Below, one piece after another: positions 15,401 to 28,469 of a stretch of DNA of 64,000 bases (the first letter of the stretch is position 1; each line of letters opens with the position of its first letter). This stretch comes from the human T2T-CHM13v2.0 reference genome, Homo sapiens: the NCBI RefSeq assembly GCF_009914755.1, contig NC_060946.1. One strand, given 5' to 3'. A program made the translations under genes and the position numbers. The notes under the pieces are model-generated. The model searched no databases, was not told where the DNA came from, and saw only the letters and a list, made by a program, of their open reading frames with translations.

Positions 15401-16200
15401 GGGCAGGGTGATGGCAAGACCAGGGGCAGACCGCTGCCAGCTCAGGGCCAAGGAAAGGCCAGTGCAGAGCCAGGAAAGGGTCTGGGTCTGAACAAGGCAG
15501 AGCAGGGCCAGGGCCATGGCAGAGTCAGGGCAGGTCCTTGACAGGACCAGGTTCCAGGCCAGGGCTAGGGCAGCAGCAGGGGCAGGGCCTGGATAAGGGC
15601 AGGGCCAGGGATATGGCAGGACCAGGGCTAGGGCCAGGGCCAGGCCATAGTGAGGGCAGGGCAAAAGCCAAGGCAGGGTCAGGGCAGGTCCAGGGCAGGT
15701 CCAGGGAGCGGCCAGCACCAAGCGGGGCCAAGGCACAACCAGCGCAGGGTAAGGCAGGACAATGGCACCACTGGGCCATGACAGGGCAAGGTCAGCGCCA
15801 GGAGAGGGCAGAACAGGCAGGCCCATGGTGGGGCCAGGGCAGGGATGGGCCAAAGCAGGGCCAGGACATGTCCAAGGCCAGGTCAGGGCCAGAACAGGAG
15901 CAGGACCATGACCATTGGCAGGGCCAGTGCCATGACAGGACCAGGGTCAGGACAAGGGGCAGGGCCAGAGCCAGGGCCAGAGCCAAGGTCAGGCCAGTGC
16001 AGGTTCAGGGCAGGGCCAGTGCCAGGGCAAGACCAGGGCAGGGACAGGGTAGCACAGGGCCAAGACAGGGTCAGGATGGGACCAGAGCAGGACAGGGCCG
16101 AGAGTCCAGGTAACAGTAGAGCAGGTATAGGGCAAGGCAGGGCAGTACAGGGCCAGATCCATGGCAGGCGCAGGGCAAAGCCAGGCCCATTGCCAATGCA
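12459..16200 (+). repeat. CAGGG repeat block 2, with inverted C-rich arm at 12459-12634
   Basis: ~3.6 kb of degenerate CAGGG units, G-rich on + from ~12640. Confidence 0.92.
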
Positions 16201-17470
16201 CCAGCCCTCCCTACAAGGCTCCTACCACCTGGCCACTGCTGCAGCCCGTCCATCGCCGTAAGCCTGAACCCCAACCCTGGCTGCAGCCACCTGCCCTCCT
16301 AGTGCGGCCGCTCTCCTACCGCTCTGGCGCACTGCAATCTCCGTCACTGCCACCCACCCGCAGCGAGGCAAGCCGTGGTGTCGCAGGCTCAAGGTGTCTC
16401 CTCCTCCTCCTGGCACGGAGCAGCTGGGCAGGCAAAGCCAGAAAAGCCTAGAGGAAGATGTGAGGGGTGGAAGGGTTAGAGCCTCAACTTGTCATGCCAG
16501 CCACTGGGTGGCAGGGGCCAGTTTCAGCAAAGGCACTCACACCCACCCTCCAAAGTCCAGCCTCTCCTTTTGGCCCAAGCTGGCCGGGAACTGGGGTCTG
16601 GGGTGGGTGCTGGAGATATCACAGCACCCAGCTCCCCACTCCACAGGAACCATTGGGCCCACCGGGGCTGCACTCCTCGGGGAGCAGGAGAAGCAGAAAA
16701 ATTCAGACCCAGCCAGCCCTCCGCACCCAGGTGCCAATTCCTGTTCCGGACGCCTCCACGCACAGGGCCCTGTCCCCCATGGTGTCCCCAGGGGTGCCTG
16801 GCAGCCTCTGAGGCACAGACCCAGAGTGCACAGGCCCAGGAACCACGGTGGGTGTGGGGGCTCTGCCATGCTCAGGATTCCCACGCAAACGCTGTGTGCC
16901 CTGCCGCATTCCAGTATGACCAAGAGTGGGTCGCCCTCTGGAGTGTGGAGTCAGGGAGAGGAGAACCACTCCTTCCTTGGATGCCAACTCTGTTGACCGC
17001 CGCCAGCAGTGCAGCCCCTGATAGCACCGAACTCGCCCCCGCTCCACGGCTAGTCCTGCCCTCAATAGCGCCCCCCACCTCCGTCCCCCAATGCCGCCAG
17101 TAGCGTATACCCGATAATGCCCTAACCTGTCCTCCTCCATGGGCACTGAAGCCCCAGAAAGCGCCCATAACCCACCCTCCCTGCTGTGGGCAGTGCAGCC
17201 CTGTACAGTGCTACCAACCAGTACCCCTAATGCAGGCAATGACACCCTGGATAGCGCCCCCAACCCACCCCACACTGCGAAAGGTGCAGCCCTGGATAGC
17301 CCCTGTCCTACCACTCTGTTCATGCTGCAGTCTCTGTCACCACCACCAGCAACCACAGTGAGGCAAGCCAGTGGGCCGCAGGCTCTAGCACCCAGCAGCC
17401 AGGCATGGAGCAGCTCTCGCTGATGGCCGGCTCCTACCACTCTGACCATGCTGCTGTCTGTCTCCATGGC
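16200..17470. repeat. GC-rich subtelomeric-type degenerate repeat (possibly REP522/TAR1-related)
   Basis: Recurrent GCAGCCC..GATAGC..CCCAACC units and a duplicated gaggcaagcc..gcaggctc motif (~16365 and ~17360). Confidence 0.5.
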
Positions 17471-17477
17471 CATCTTC

Positions 17478-18775
17478 TTTCACTACAAAGGAATAAAACT
17501 AGGTATCAATAAGAAAAGTAATTTTGGAAACAATACAATCACATGGAAGTTAAACACTACCCTCCTGAATAAATGACTAGCAGGTCAATGAAGATACTAA
17601 GACAGAAATTCAAAAATTTCATGAAACAAAGGGTAATGAAAACACAGTATACCAAAACTTGTTACGCAGAAAGCCATACAAAGGCAGAGATTTACAGCTA
17701 CAAGTGCCTACCATCCAAACAAAAGAAAAACTTCAAATAAACAATACATCTTAAAGAACTAGTAAAGAACAAACTAAACCGAAAATAAGAAAATAAATAA
17801 GATCGTAGCAGAAACAAAATTGAAATAAAAAACACACAAGATTAAACGAAAAGTTGGTTTTCTGGAAAGCTAAACAAAATTGACAAACTTTTAACCAGGC
17901 TAAGAAAAGAGACAAGATTCAAATAAATAAAATCAACAGATTAAAAAAAGGAGACATTACAACTAATACTTCAGAAATTCAAAGGATCATAACTGGCTAT
18001 TATATGCCAATAAATTGGAAAGCCTAGTAGAAATTGGCAAATTCCTAGATGCATACAACCTACTTAGGTTAAACAATGAAAACATCCAAGACCAGAACAG
18101 ATTGGTAACAAGTAATGAGATTGAAGCCATCAGAAAAAGTCTCCCAGTAAAGAAAAGCCCAGGAACTGATGTCTTCACTGCTGATGGCTTCACACCAAAC
18201 AATTTAAAGACCTAGTACGAATCCTGCTCAAACTATTTTGAAAAACAGGAGGGAATACTTCCAAACTTATTCTATGAGACCATTATTACTGTGATAACAA
18301 AATCAGACAAAAGCATCAAAGAAGGAAACTACAGGCCAGGATCTCTAATATTGATGCAAAAATCCTCAACAAAATACCAGTGAATCAAATTCAGTAATAC
18401 ATTAAAGAGATAATTCATCATGATCAAGTGGGATGTATCCCTGGGATGCAAGGGTCACTCAACATACAATGTGATACATCATATCAACCAAATAAACGAC
18501 AAAAACAGTATGATCACGTCAACTGAAACCGAAAAAGCATTTGATGAAATTCAACATCCCTTCATGCTATAAATCCTCAAAGAAACGGGCACAGAAGAAA
18601 CATACCGCAACATAATAAAAACTACAGGAAAGACACCCACAGCTAGAATCATATGGAATGGGGAAAAACGGAAAGCTTTTCCTCTAAGATCTGGAACATG
18701 ATAAGGATGCCCCCTGTCACCACTGTTGTTTAACATAGTACCAGAAATCCTAGCTAAAGCAATCAGTACAGCCCC
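17478..18775 (+). mobile_element. Old L1 ORF2 fragment
   Basis: Translates ...KFLDAYNLLRLNNE...KSLPVKKSPGTD; contains gatgcaaaaatcctcaacaaaatacc. Confidence 0.88.
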
Positions 18776-19260
18776 TGATATGGCCCCCAACCCACCCTGC
18801 CCCCTACCACCAGCAGTGTCGCCCCCCCGCAACAGCACACCCAACATACCCAAGCCGCCCCGCCTCCCCGCACCATGGGCATTACAGCACCCCATAGCGC
18901 CCTCAACCCGAAACCGCCACCCACCCCCCCCACCGCCCACAGCCGCACAGTGCAGCCCCGGATAGCACACTTAGCCCACCTCACTGTTGCCAGCAATACA
19001 GTCTGGGATAGTGCCCCCAACCGGCTCCCCGCCAAAGGCAGTGCAGCCCCGGTTTGGGCCCCCAAACCATCCCCCCGGTGCAGGCAGCACAGCCCCAGAT
19101 AGCACACCCAACCAGCCACCCAAGACGGGCAGTGACGCCTGAGATAGGGCTCCCAACCGGTCCCAGGCCACCCGCAGTGCAGCCTGGATAGCGCGCTTAC
19201 CCCAACGCCTTTCTACGCTCTGGCTGGCTGCAGTGTCCATCGCTGCCACCAACCACAAAC
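18776..19260. repeat. Degenerate ~40-45 bp GCAGCCC..GATAGC..CCCAACC repeat
   Basis: Same unit family as 17009-17310, resuming after the L1 fragment. Confidence 0.55.
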
Positions 19261-19910
19261 AGGGCTGCAAACAGGAAGGATTTTATTCACCGTCGATGCG
19301 GCCCCGAGTTGTCCCAAAGCGAGGCAGTGCCCCCAAGGTCTGTGCAGAGCAGAACGCAGCTCCGCCCTCGCGGTGCCACCGGCCCGCCCGCCCGGGTCTG
19401 TGCTGAGGAGAACATTGCTCTGCCTTCGCTGTATCTCCGAAGTCTGTGCAAAGGAGAACTCAGCTCCGCCCTCGCAATGCTCTCCGGGTCTGTGCTGAGG
19501 GGAACGCAGCTCCGCCCTCGCAAAGGCACACAGCGCCGGCGTGGCGGAGAGGCGGACAGCGGCGGAGAGGCGGACAGCGGCGGCGCGGCGGAGAGGCGGA
19601 CAGCGGCGGAGAGGCGGACAGCGGCGGAGAGGCGGACAGCGGCGGAGAGGCGCACAGCGGCGGCGCAGGCGCGGAGAGGCGCACAGCGGCGGCGCAGGCG
19701 CGGAGAGGCGCACAGCGGCGGCGCAGGCGCGGAGAGGCGCACAGCGGCGGCGCAGGCGCGGAGAGGCGCACAGCGGCGGCGCAGGCGCGGAGAGGCGCAC
19801 AGCGGCGGCGCAGGCGCGGAGAGGCGCACAGCGGCGGCGCAGGCGCGGAGAGGCGCACAGCGGCGGCGCAGGCGCGGAGAGGCGCACAGCGCGGCACAGC
19901 GAGGCGCCGG
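19261..19910. repeat. TAR1 telomere-associated repeat with 37-bp-type and 29-bp repeats (CpG island)
   Basis: GGTCTGTGC(T/A)GAGGAGAACGCAGCTCCGCCCTCGC-type units at 19337-19522. Eight perfect copies of GGCGCACAGCGGCGGCGCAGGCGCGGAGA at 19649-19880. Both resemble human subtelomeric TERRA promoter repeats. Confidence 0.88.
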
Positions 19911-19945
19911 CCCAGACTCCACTCCCCAGCTGTGAAAGGGTAAGA
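19540..19945 (+). promoter_or_regulatory. Putative CpG-island promoter and first exon of the BMS1 pseudogene transcript; donor AAGG|GTAAGA after 19939
   Basis: Very high CpG density, an NRF1-like GCGCAGGCGC in every 29-mer, and a strong 5' splice site immediately downstream. Confidence 0.6.
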
Positions 19946-20545
19946 ACTGAGGGTGGCTGAGACTCGGGGTTGTTCAGGGCGGGGTGGGCTCTGGACCCAG
20001 CAGGCCCGGCACCCAGGTCAGGGCTCCAGGGGAGGCCAGGTGGGCGAAGGCCAAGAAGGGGCCGGGGCTGGTCAGGAAGGGCTCCTGGTAACCAGAGCAC
20101 TTTGCGTGAGCCAGCGTGGGAGGAAGGTGGGCTGGATGAGCTAGGGAGGCGCCGGGAGGGGCCTTGGCAGAGGCGACCCCCTCCGTCAGCCCCCAGGCCA
20201 CTGAACCCTGGGTAGCGAGAACCGACAGGGGAGGCTGCATACAGAGGAGTGGAGGCTCCCCGGCTTTGGGGGCTCTGAGTAGAAGCATCTAGGGGGTCCC
20301 TCAAGAGGCCCCCAAACGCCTCCCCATGGTGAGAAAAGAAAGCGCAGAGAGGGGCACGGCTGTGATTTCTTTTATTGCCCCAAATGTACTTCATCTTGGT
20401 AGATTTCTATTGGCTTTAAAAATGTGTGTGTTTTGCTGTTGGGGAGTGGGGTGTTATACGGATGTCAGATTTTGCTGGTTGACTGTTCAGATCTTTTGTA
20501 AATCCTTGCTCCTTTTCTGCCTAGTTTCACTCTGTCACTTACATT

Positions 20546-20791
20546 AGAGTGCGGTGGCACGAACATGACTCACTGCAGCCTTGACTTCCTAGGGTCAAGT
20601 ACTTCCCCTGGCTTAACCTCCTGAGTAGCTGGTACTATAGGTGTGTGCCGCCACACCTGGCTAAATTTAAAATTTTTTGGAGAGATGAGGCCTTGCTATG
20701 TTGCCCAGGCTCGAACTCCTGGCCTCGAGCTATCCTTTGTCTTTGCCTCCCAGAGTTCTGGGATTACAGGCATGAGCCACTGTGCCCGGCC
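20546..20791 (-). mobile_element. AluJ-like
   Basis: actcactgcagccttgacttcc...gggattacaggcatgagccactgtgcccggcc. Confidence 0.8.
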
Positions 20792-21399
20792 TCTGCCTAG
20801 TTTTAACAGTTGCTAAGAGGAGGATGTTGAAGTAGATGTCTTCTTGGTGGGTTAATCCTTTTGTCATTAAGCAGTTGTTATGGTCACTTCCTTTTCACCC
20901 CATTGGTGAAGGAGGGGTCCCTGCCCTAAAGTGTAGGAGATGGCTGAACACGACACCTGGCGTGGATGGATGAGATTGACAGCAGTGTTTTAGTCACATA
21001 TACCCACAGCTCAGAGGAGGACACTGCATGCCACACAGGGTCAGATGGGCACCGCACTCTGTAGCGGAGTGAGGGCTGTGGGCTGAGGAAGCAGGCAGGC
21101 TTGATAGTAACAAGAGCACACAATGACCAATGGTTCCCGAGGGGGAATGCAGTTGGCTTGTTTGAATAAATTCATGGGCTGGCAGACAGGTGAAGTGAAG
21201 CTTCTTAGGCTGAGGTGCAACTGTTTGGCTGATAAAAGAACTAGCCAGGTGGGGAGCCTTTCCTGTTGGGTGGCAGGGTAGGGGGTGTCTGGTAGAAACA
21301 GGAAAACCCACGGCTAGGCCTTTGGGGCCCTGTGAGGCTCAAAGATGTCAAGGCAGCATAGGAAATTTTAGATCTTAAAATTCAGCGAAGACCCTCTCC

Positions 21400-22900
21400 A
21401 GCTCTGGTAAATTATTTTGCTTGAAGTCTACTTCATGAGATATTAATATATTCACTCCTGCTTCCTTAAAAAATTAATGATTTCACAGGATATCTTTCTC
21501 CATTCTTTTACTTTCAACCTACTTAGGTCCTTAAGTGAGTTTGAAGTTTCTTATGAACAGTATTTAGTTGGGCCATGTGTTTATTATAGGCTCTCCATCA
21601 ATCTGTCTTTTGGTTTATTTAGACCATTTACATTTAAGGTGCTTATAGTTACATAATTGCTTATGTCTGATGTTTTTATTATTTGCTTTTTCGTTTCCTT
21701 TTTCTTTCCCTCCATCTTGATCTATTTCTGTATAATGTTGTTGCTCGTATCTCTTTGTATAGTCTTAAAGTGTTTGCTCTGGATGTTACAATATGTGTAT
21801 TGTAATACAGTAGTCTACTGGTACCAGTATTTACCACTTCAAAGTGTGGAAACCTGCCTTGCATTTATGTCTCTTTACCTTTTCCACTTGTATAAATCAC
21901 TGGCTTGAGTATTAGGTGGTGGTATAGTTTTTGTTTCAGTCGTCAAATGTGATTTTAAGAACTGTGGATTGTCTCGCGTATGTATCCACATTTCTGGTCT
22001 TTCCTTTGTCCCTCCTCCTGTAGTCCCATATTCATCCCTTCTGCATAAGAACTTTCTGTAGCCATTTTTTTGTTTTGATTTTTTTGTTTTAATTTTTTGT
22101 ATTGTGGAAATGACAGAACATATTTCTGTAGCCACTTTTTAGCATTTCTAAATTGACCAGTGACAAATTCCTATATTCTCTTCCTCTGAGAATGTCTTTA
22201 TTTCTCTCTTCATTTCTGAAGGGTAGTTTCATGGGATATAGAATTTGCAGCGAACAGTTTTTTTGTTTGGTTGGTTTTTTTGTTTGGTTGTTTTTTTTTT
22301 AAACACTTGAAAATGTTGTGCCACTTCCTTCTGGCCTCCATGGCATTTGAGTTGGCGTGTCCCTACAGGCATTCTGCCATTTTTGGTCTTTGTTTTTAGT
22401 TTTGAAAGTTTAATTGGTGTTGCTTTCTTTTGGTATACTTTGAGGTTTGCTCAGCTTCTTGAATCTGTAAGTTTATATCTTTCACCAAATGTGGGAAGCC
22501 TCAGGAATTAGTTATTTGCATGCTTTCACAGCTCTGGTCTCCTATGGGACTCAGATAACACAAATGCGGGGTTATCGTCCCACAGGTCCGTGCAGCTCTG
22601 TTCATTTGTTTTCAGGTTATTTTCTCTCTCTTGTTTAGACTGGGTGAATTCTGTTGATCAGGTTTCAGCTTCTCTGATTCTCTCCTCTGTCGTCTCCACT
22701 TTTACTCAATAGGGCCCATCCAGTTAGTTTTTTTAAAATTTCTGTTACTGGATTTTATATTTCTGTAATTTCCATTTGATTCTTCAGTTTCTTTGCTGAT
22801 GTTTTCAGTTCTTTGATTGTTGCCATAGGATTTGTAGTTGCTTGTTGAAGCATTTTTATACTGACTGTTATAAGTGATGAGTCAGATGGTTCCAACATCT
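21400..22900 (-). mobile_element. Ancient L1M fragments
   Basis: T-rich L1 antisense phrases (tttagaccatttacatttaagg, ccacttccttctggcctccatgg, cttcttgaatctgtaagtttatatctttcaccaaat). Confidence 0.6.
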
Positions 22901-24369
22901 GCCTATGTAATTTTTTTATTTTTGCAGGCAGTCCTCCTGTTTAGGTTTAGTCTGTAGGTCTTGGTCTACTTTGTGGGCTGTGATTCCAATGGCAATTTAA
23001 TTTCAGAGCCTTCATGGTGTTATTTTGGTCTCTTTGGCTTATATGTATCACTGGGATTCTCCCACCAGTCCCTGTTGTTGCCCACCTGAGGGAACAGGGG
23101 AGCCGCCCTAGGCTGGGCCACCTGCTGCAGCTAGGTGGGTGGGGAATGGTGGTTGTCTTGGTGTGTGGAGCTGGTTTTCTTGTTGTGGGGAAGATCTCCT
23201 TTGATCTGCGGGGACTGAGTCTGCCTGGGTTGCCTTCTATTGCTACGTTGGGAGTTGGGAAACTCTGGGCCTGGGTCACCTTCCTATTGGATGAGGTCCA
23301 GGGAGACACCTGGCCACTATGCATTCCCTAGTCCTAGAGTCCCTCAGCAGCCTTTTTCTGTCCACCTTTTGGAATTCTCCATTGATCCTCTCCTGTCTAT
23401 TATTTCTAGAGTTTGGGTTACATTTCTTAGGAGGGTATAATGTGTTATCTTCTCTAGACCAGAAATCCTTAGTGGTGGTTTCGGGTTGTAACTGTGCTAA
23501 AGGGAGAATTGGCGTATTTGTGATGTCGGGTCTTTCTTTTCAAATGAGGACATATCATTATTCAGTATATAATATTTACAACACCTACTTCCTTGGGTTG
23601 AAGAATGTGGTTAAGGCAAGGAAAGTACTTAACACAGTGCCTGGTGTGGAGAGCACTTACGAGTGTTGGTAGTGATGCTATTCCTTTTGTCCTTTGGTAG
23701 CCTATTAAAGCTTTTCTTCTTTTTTAAAAAAATAAAGTTCCGGTGCACTTCTTGTTAGGTTTATTCCTATTTTATCCTTTTTTGCTTTTATTGCAAATAG
23801 GAGCTTCCTATCTTTTATAACGTCTACCTGGTTCTTTGGCCCTTACGTGAAAATGTTTTAATAGCCTTCTAAACATTGTTCTCTCAAATGAGTTTTAATT
23901 TGCCTCTTTCTTTTGTTTTCCTTTTTTTGAGACAGGGTCTCACTCTGTCACCCAGGCTGGAGTTCAGTGACGCAATTATGGCTCACTGCAACCTCTGCCT
24001 CCTGGGCCCCCAAAGTGCTGGGTTTACAGGTGTGGGCCACTGCACCCAGCCTTACTTGTCTATTTCTTTTAAGAGTGGGAACTATAATTGAGCCCAGAGC
24101 TCCAAAAACAAATGAAGAAATGAATGAGTGAATAAGCTCTTCCCATGGGTTTGGTGTGGTTTGGGACTCTACTCTTAATCTAAATGCTATGTTTTATATA
24201 ATCTAAAATTTCCCCTAGGTGTGTTACACGATTGTGTTGTGTTGAACTTACATTGAGACTCCTTTTCACATGTGCTGGTTATCAGCGTGGGACTTTTCCA
24301 TTCACTCTTTGAATTATTCGTTTGGGGGACACAGATAGACCTCTGTGTCTTTCATAAAGAGTGTCCATT

Positions 24370-24780
<411 letters not shown>

Positions 24781-27604
24781 CTAACTGTTTTACGAAGCAT
24801 TCCCTAGTGCAAAGTTTTGCCTGTGTTTCTAGTGATGGGAACAGTGAGAATCAGACTTGGAACACGGAGCGCATTGTGGGCCTGTCGTGGGTGGGGCCAG
24901 CAGCACATGCATGCCGGGCTCACAGAGCAGCCTTTGGGTGTTCTTTTCCCAGAGGAGCTCTACGGTGACTTTGAAGACTTGGAAACAGGGGACGTGCACA
25001 AGGGAAAATCGGGCCCCGATACTCAGGTATGACTTTGTCGTAGCTGGCTGTTCTTGGTCATTGTGTTCTGAGAGAGGCCCGCATTGAGAAATGCAAATCT
25101 TACTTGTGATGTGTGAAGATTGCAGACTGGATGGATAGATTCCTTCCTAAAGTGTGGGGATGTGGGGACCAAAGAGAAGCTTTCTTATTTACTTGTTAAG
25201 TTTTGGACTACAGTTACTACCGTTTCTTGCCATAGTCATTTGCCAAGTCCACTGTGATTTTTCGCTCACAGAAGTCTTAGCTTCTCAGACTTACATTCAA
25301 CCATTGCCATCATTCTCCTCTTTTTAAATTTAAGTGTCATTTAAAAGAATGAAATCCCTGTTCTCCCTAATATTTCTTTAGAACAGGGTCTGGGAGCATC
25401 TGGGTGAGGGACATGTCTGTTATTTTTATTCTAGTTTGTGTTCCCAGCCAGCTTAAGGAATAGCAGCTAGTTGTAATGCAGATGTAACAATTTCCTGTAG
25501 CAGTACCATGTTATTCAGAGACAAAGGTTATGTTGTGTTTTGTTTTGTTTTATTGATAATGATAACAGATTTTTGCTAAGATTTTTGTTTAAATAGAACT
25601 TTAAAAAATCTAATGTTTAAAGAAAAGACCTTCATAAACATACACAAAATTTTTTCTTCTGGAAATTTAAGAATGAAGATGTAGAGAAACAAGGAAGAAA
25701 TTGACCCTGACGAAGAAGAAAGTGCCAAGAAAAAGCATTTGGATAAGAAGAGAAAATTGAAGGAGATGTTTGATGTGGAATATGATGAAGGAGAAAGCAC
25801 ATATTTTGATGATCTTAAAGGAGAAATGCAGAAACAAGCACAGGTGAGAAACCTCAGTTCCTCTCAGCCCCTTGTCAAGACTATCACATAGTGTAGGAAT
25901 CCCTGACTTTCTTTGGGTCCCTGCTTCCTATCCTGCTTCTGTGCCTTTCACTTGGACTCCTGGGTAGATGCATGTGAGTGTGTTTATTCATGCAGTGAGC
26001 TCATTGTTTCTACAGTCAGAAGGTCACCAGAAAAAGATCCATACCTATTTTGTAACAAGAATTAGGAAACCGAAATGACTGAGACATGGTCTCTACTTTT
26101 GAGACTTTTACAATGTAGCGATCTGAGATAGTGTGTTCATTTCAGTGCAAGCCAATGCTGCCTATTCCGATCGCTGCTCCCTGATTTGAATGGCAGGTGA
26201 TCAGTGGCCCGTGTGGCTTATGGACACACCAGAGCTCCCAGGGGAAGTGCTCTGAAAACATCCTGGTCAGAGTTCAGAAGGACATGTGGAGTATAAGGTC
26301 AGATGCGGAGATAAGGGAGATGGTGTGGCCCTCCTGCCCAGGGGTGCTGAGCAGGTTGCTGGAGGCGGTGATCTCACTCTGAAGGAGACAGACACAGAAA
26401 CGTATGTACAGTTGATGGTGAGCATCTGAGTTGCGTCTTGTTAGTGAGGCCAGGAGTGCCTGTGTAAGCTGGAACAGATTAGGTATATGATTTGTGAAAC
26501 GGAGTTTCATCCTACGTCTTCATCTAGTCAAAGGACTGTTTCCTGATTAGGCATTAGCTTAGTGGTTGCTAGTCTGTGTTGACCTTTGAAAGGCATGACT
26601 AGGCTAACTCTGAAGTTGTTGCTTCACACCATTTACAATTTAAAATTACCTAGAGCCTTGTGGGCCATTGGAAAAGACTGAATGTTTCACTCTGAAATGG
26701 GAGTCCTTGGAGGGTTTTGACCAGAGAAGAGACATTCAGGTAATCAGATCACTCTGCCAAGAGATCAGTCCAGTGGCACAAACCAGAGGGCTGGCAGTGG
26801 AGATGAGACAGAGTCAAACCCGGATTGAGTTTATTTGGAAGCTGGGTCAGTAGGATTTCCTGGTGGACTGAATGTGGGGTGTGTAAGAGGAAATGAGGGT
26901 GGCGACTGGAAGTTCCTGGAAGGGTGGGTTGTTGCAGGTTAGATAGGAAACCGTCTGCAGATGCAGTTTTGGGAAGATGATGTTTGGTTCGGCTGGGTAT
27001 CATGCAGACAAGCGGAGTGTCAAGTCTGGAGAGACAGGTCTGGCCAGGGACTTAGATGTACAGCCCTCAGCATGTAGATGCCACTTAACTCTGTGAGGTG
27101 GCCGGGGAGTGAGTGCAGAGTGACTGGGAGGAGCAAGACTGGCATGGGCGAGATGGGGCGATTGCGGCCGTGAGGCCTGAGCAGTGCCTAGGAGGGAGAG
27201 GGAGAAGCAGTGTGAGCATGCAGGCACGCAGGAGTCCAGTTGTACACGGAGGCGAAGCACTGTTCAGATCCCGCTGCAGTGTTAACTACGGTAAAGGCAG
27301 AGTTGACCACTGGAGGAGTCCTTCAGCGTGGAGGCCTTCAGCGATCTTGGCAAGCACCAATTTTCGTGGATGTAGGAGAATGGGAGCAGAGGAACTGGAG
27401 GCTGCAACTGCGGAAAACTTTTGTGGGGTTTTGCTGCAGAGAGAAGCAGAGAAATGAAGCAGTTGTTGGTGGAAGAAATGGAATCAAAAGGTTTTGAGAT
27501 AGAGAACAGAGGGAAGAGCTGTTGGAATAAAGTCCAGGAAGAGTGGATGGTGTCTAGTGAGCAAGTGATGTGTGGCCCTGAGTAGAGGCACGTACAAATC
27601 ATCT

Positions 27605-27790
27605 GTGCCTGAGCTGCCCTTAGAACTTTCTGTGATCATGGAGATGCACGTCTGTGCTTCCCAATATTGTAACATTGGCCGCAGGTTGATATGGACCACT
27701 TCCAGTGTGACTAGTGTGATTGAGGAACTGCATTTTAAATATTATGTAATTGTAATTAATTTTAATTTAAATAGCCACACGTAGCTCCTC
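27605..27790. mobile_element. MER3-like hAT DNA transposon remnant
   Basis: agaactttctgtgat...tgtgactagtgtgattgaggaactgcatttt...aaatagccacacgtagct. Confidence 0.55.
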
Positions 27791-28114
27791 TATAGGCCAG
27801 GTCAGAGCTCTGATAAGGCTGGATATGGGAGGAAACCCTGGTAGAGGGTTGACTGTAGAGGTTCTTTTGGTTTTGGAGTGAATCAGGAAACAGCCATCAG
27901 CTGAGTGAAGGTGAGGGTGGTGGTGGGTGTTTGAAGACAAGGGAAAAGTGTGAAAGAATTGTTTGGAGAGGAAGGAAAGAAGATGTGGACTGGGGATGTT
28001 TCCAATGTTCGAGCACGCAGGGCTCCACAGTTATCTACATTTGCTGTCCCTTGGAGCAGGAGAGAAGAAAACGGTTGGGACATATTCTGAGCAGACTGTA
28101 GAGGTAAAATATGT

Positions 28115-28469
<355 letters not shown>

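Noticed and set aside
10484-16274. Many Gly/Gln/Arg/Ala or Pro/Leu/Trp ORFs
   Set aside because: Translations of CAGGG repeats on both strands; no domain or gene structure.
16200-19340. Interstitial telomere or fusion site
   Set aside because: No (TTAGGG)n/(CCCTAA)n tract, only isolated hexamers.
19551-19890. CRISPR-like array
   Set aside because: Head-to-tail repeats with no unique spacers, no cas genes, and a human context.
19213-20394. 393-aa ORF and overlapping ORFs across the CpG island
   Set aside because: Stop-poor GC-rich VNTR; the peptide periodicity mirrors the 29-bp unit.
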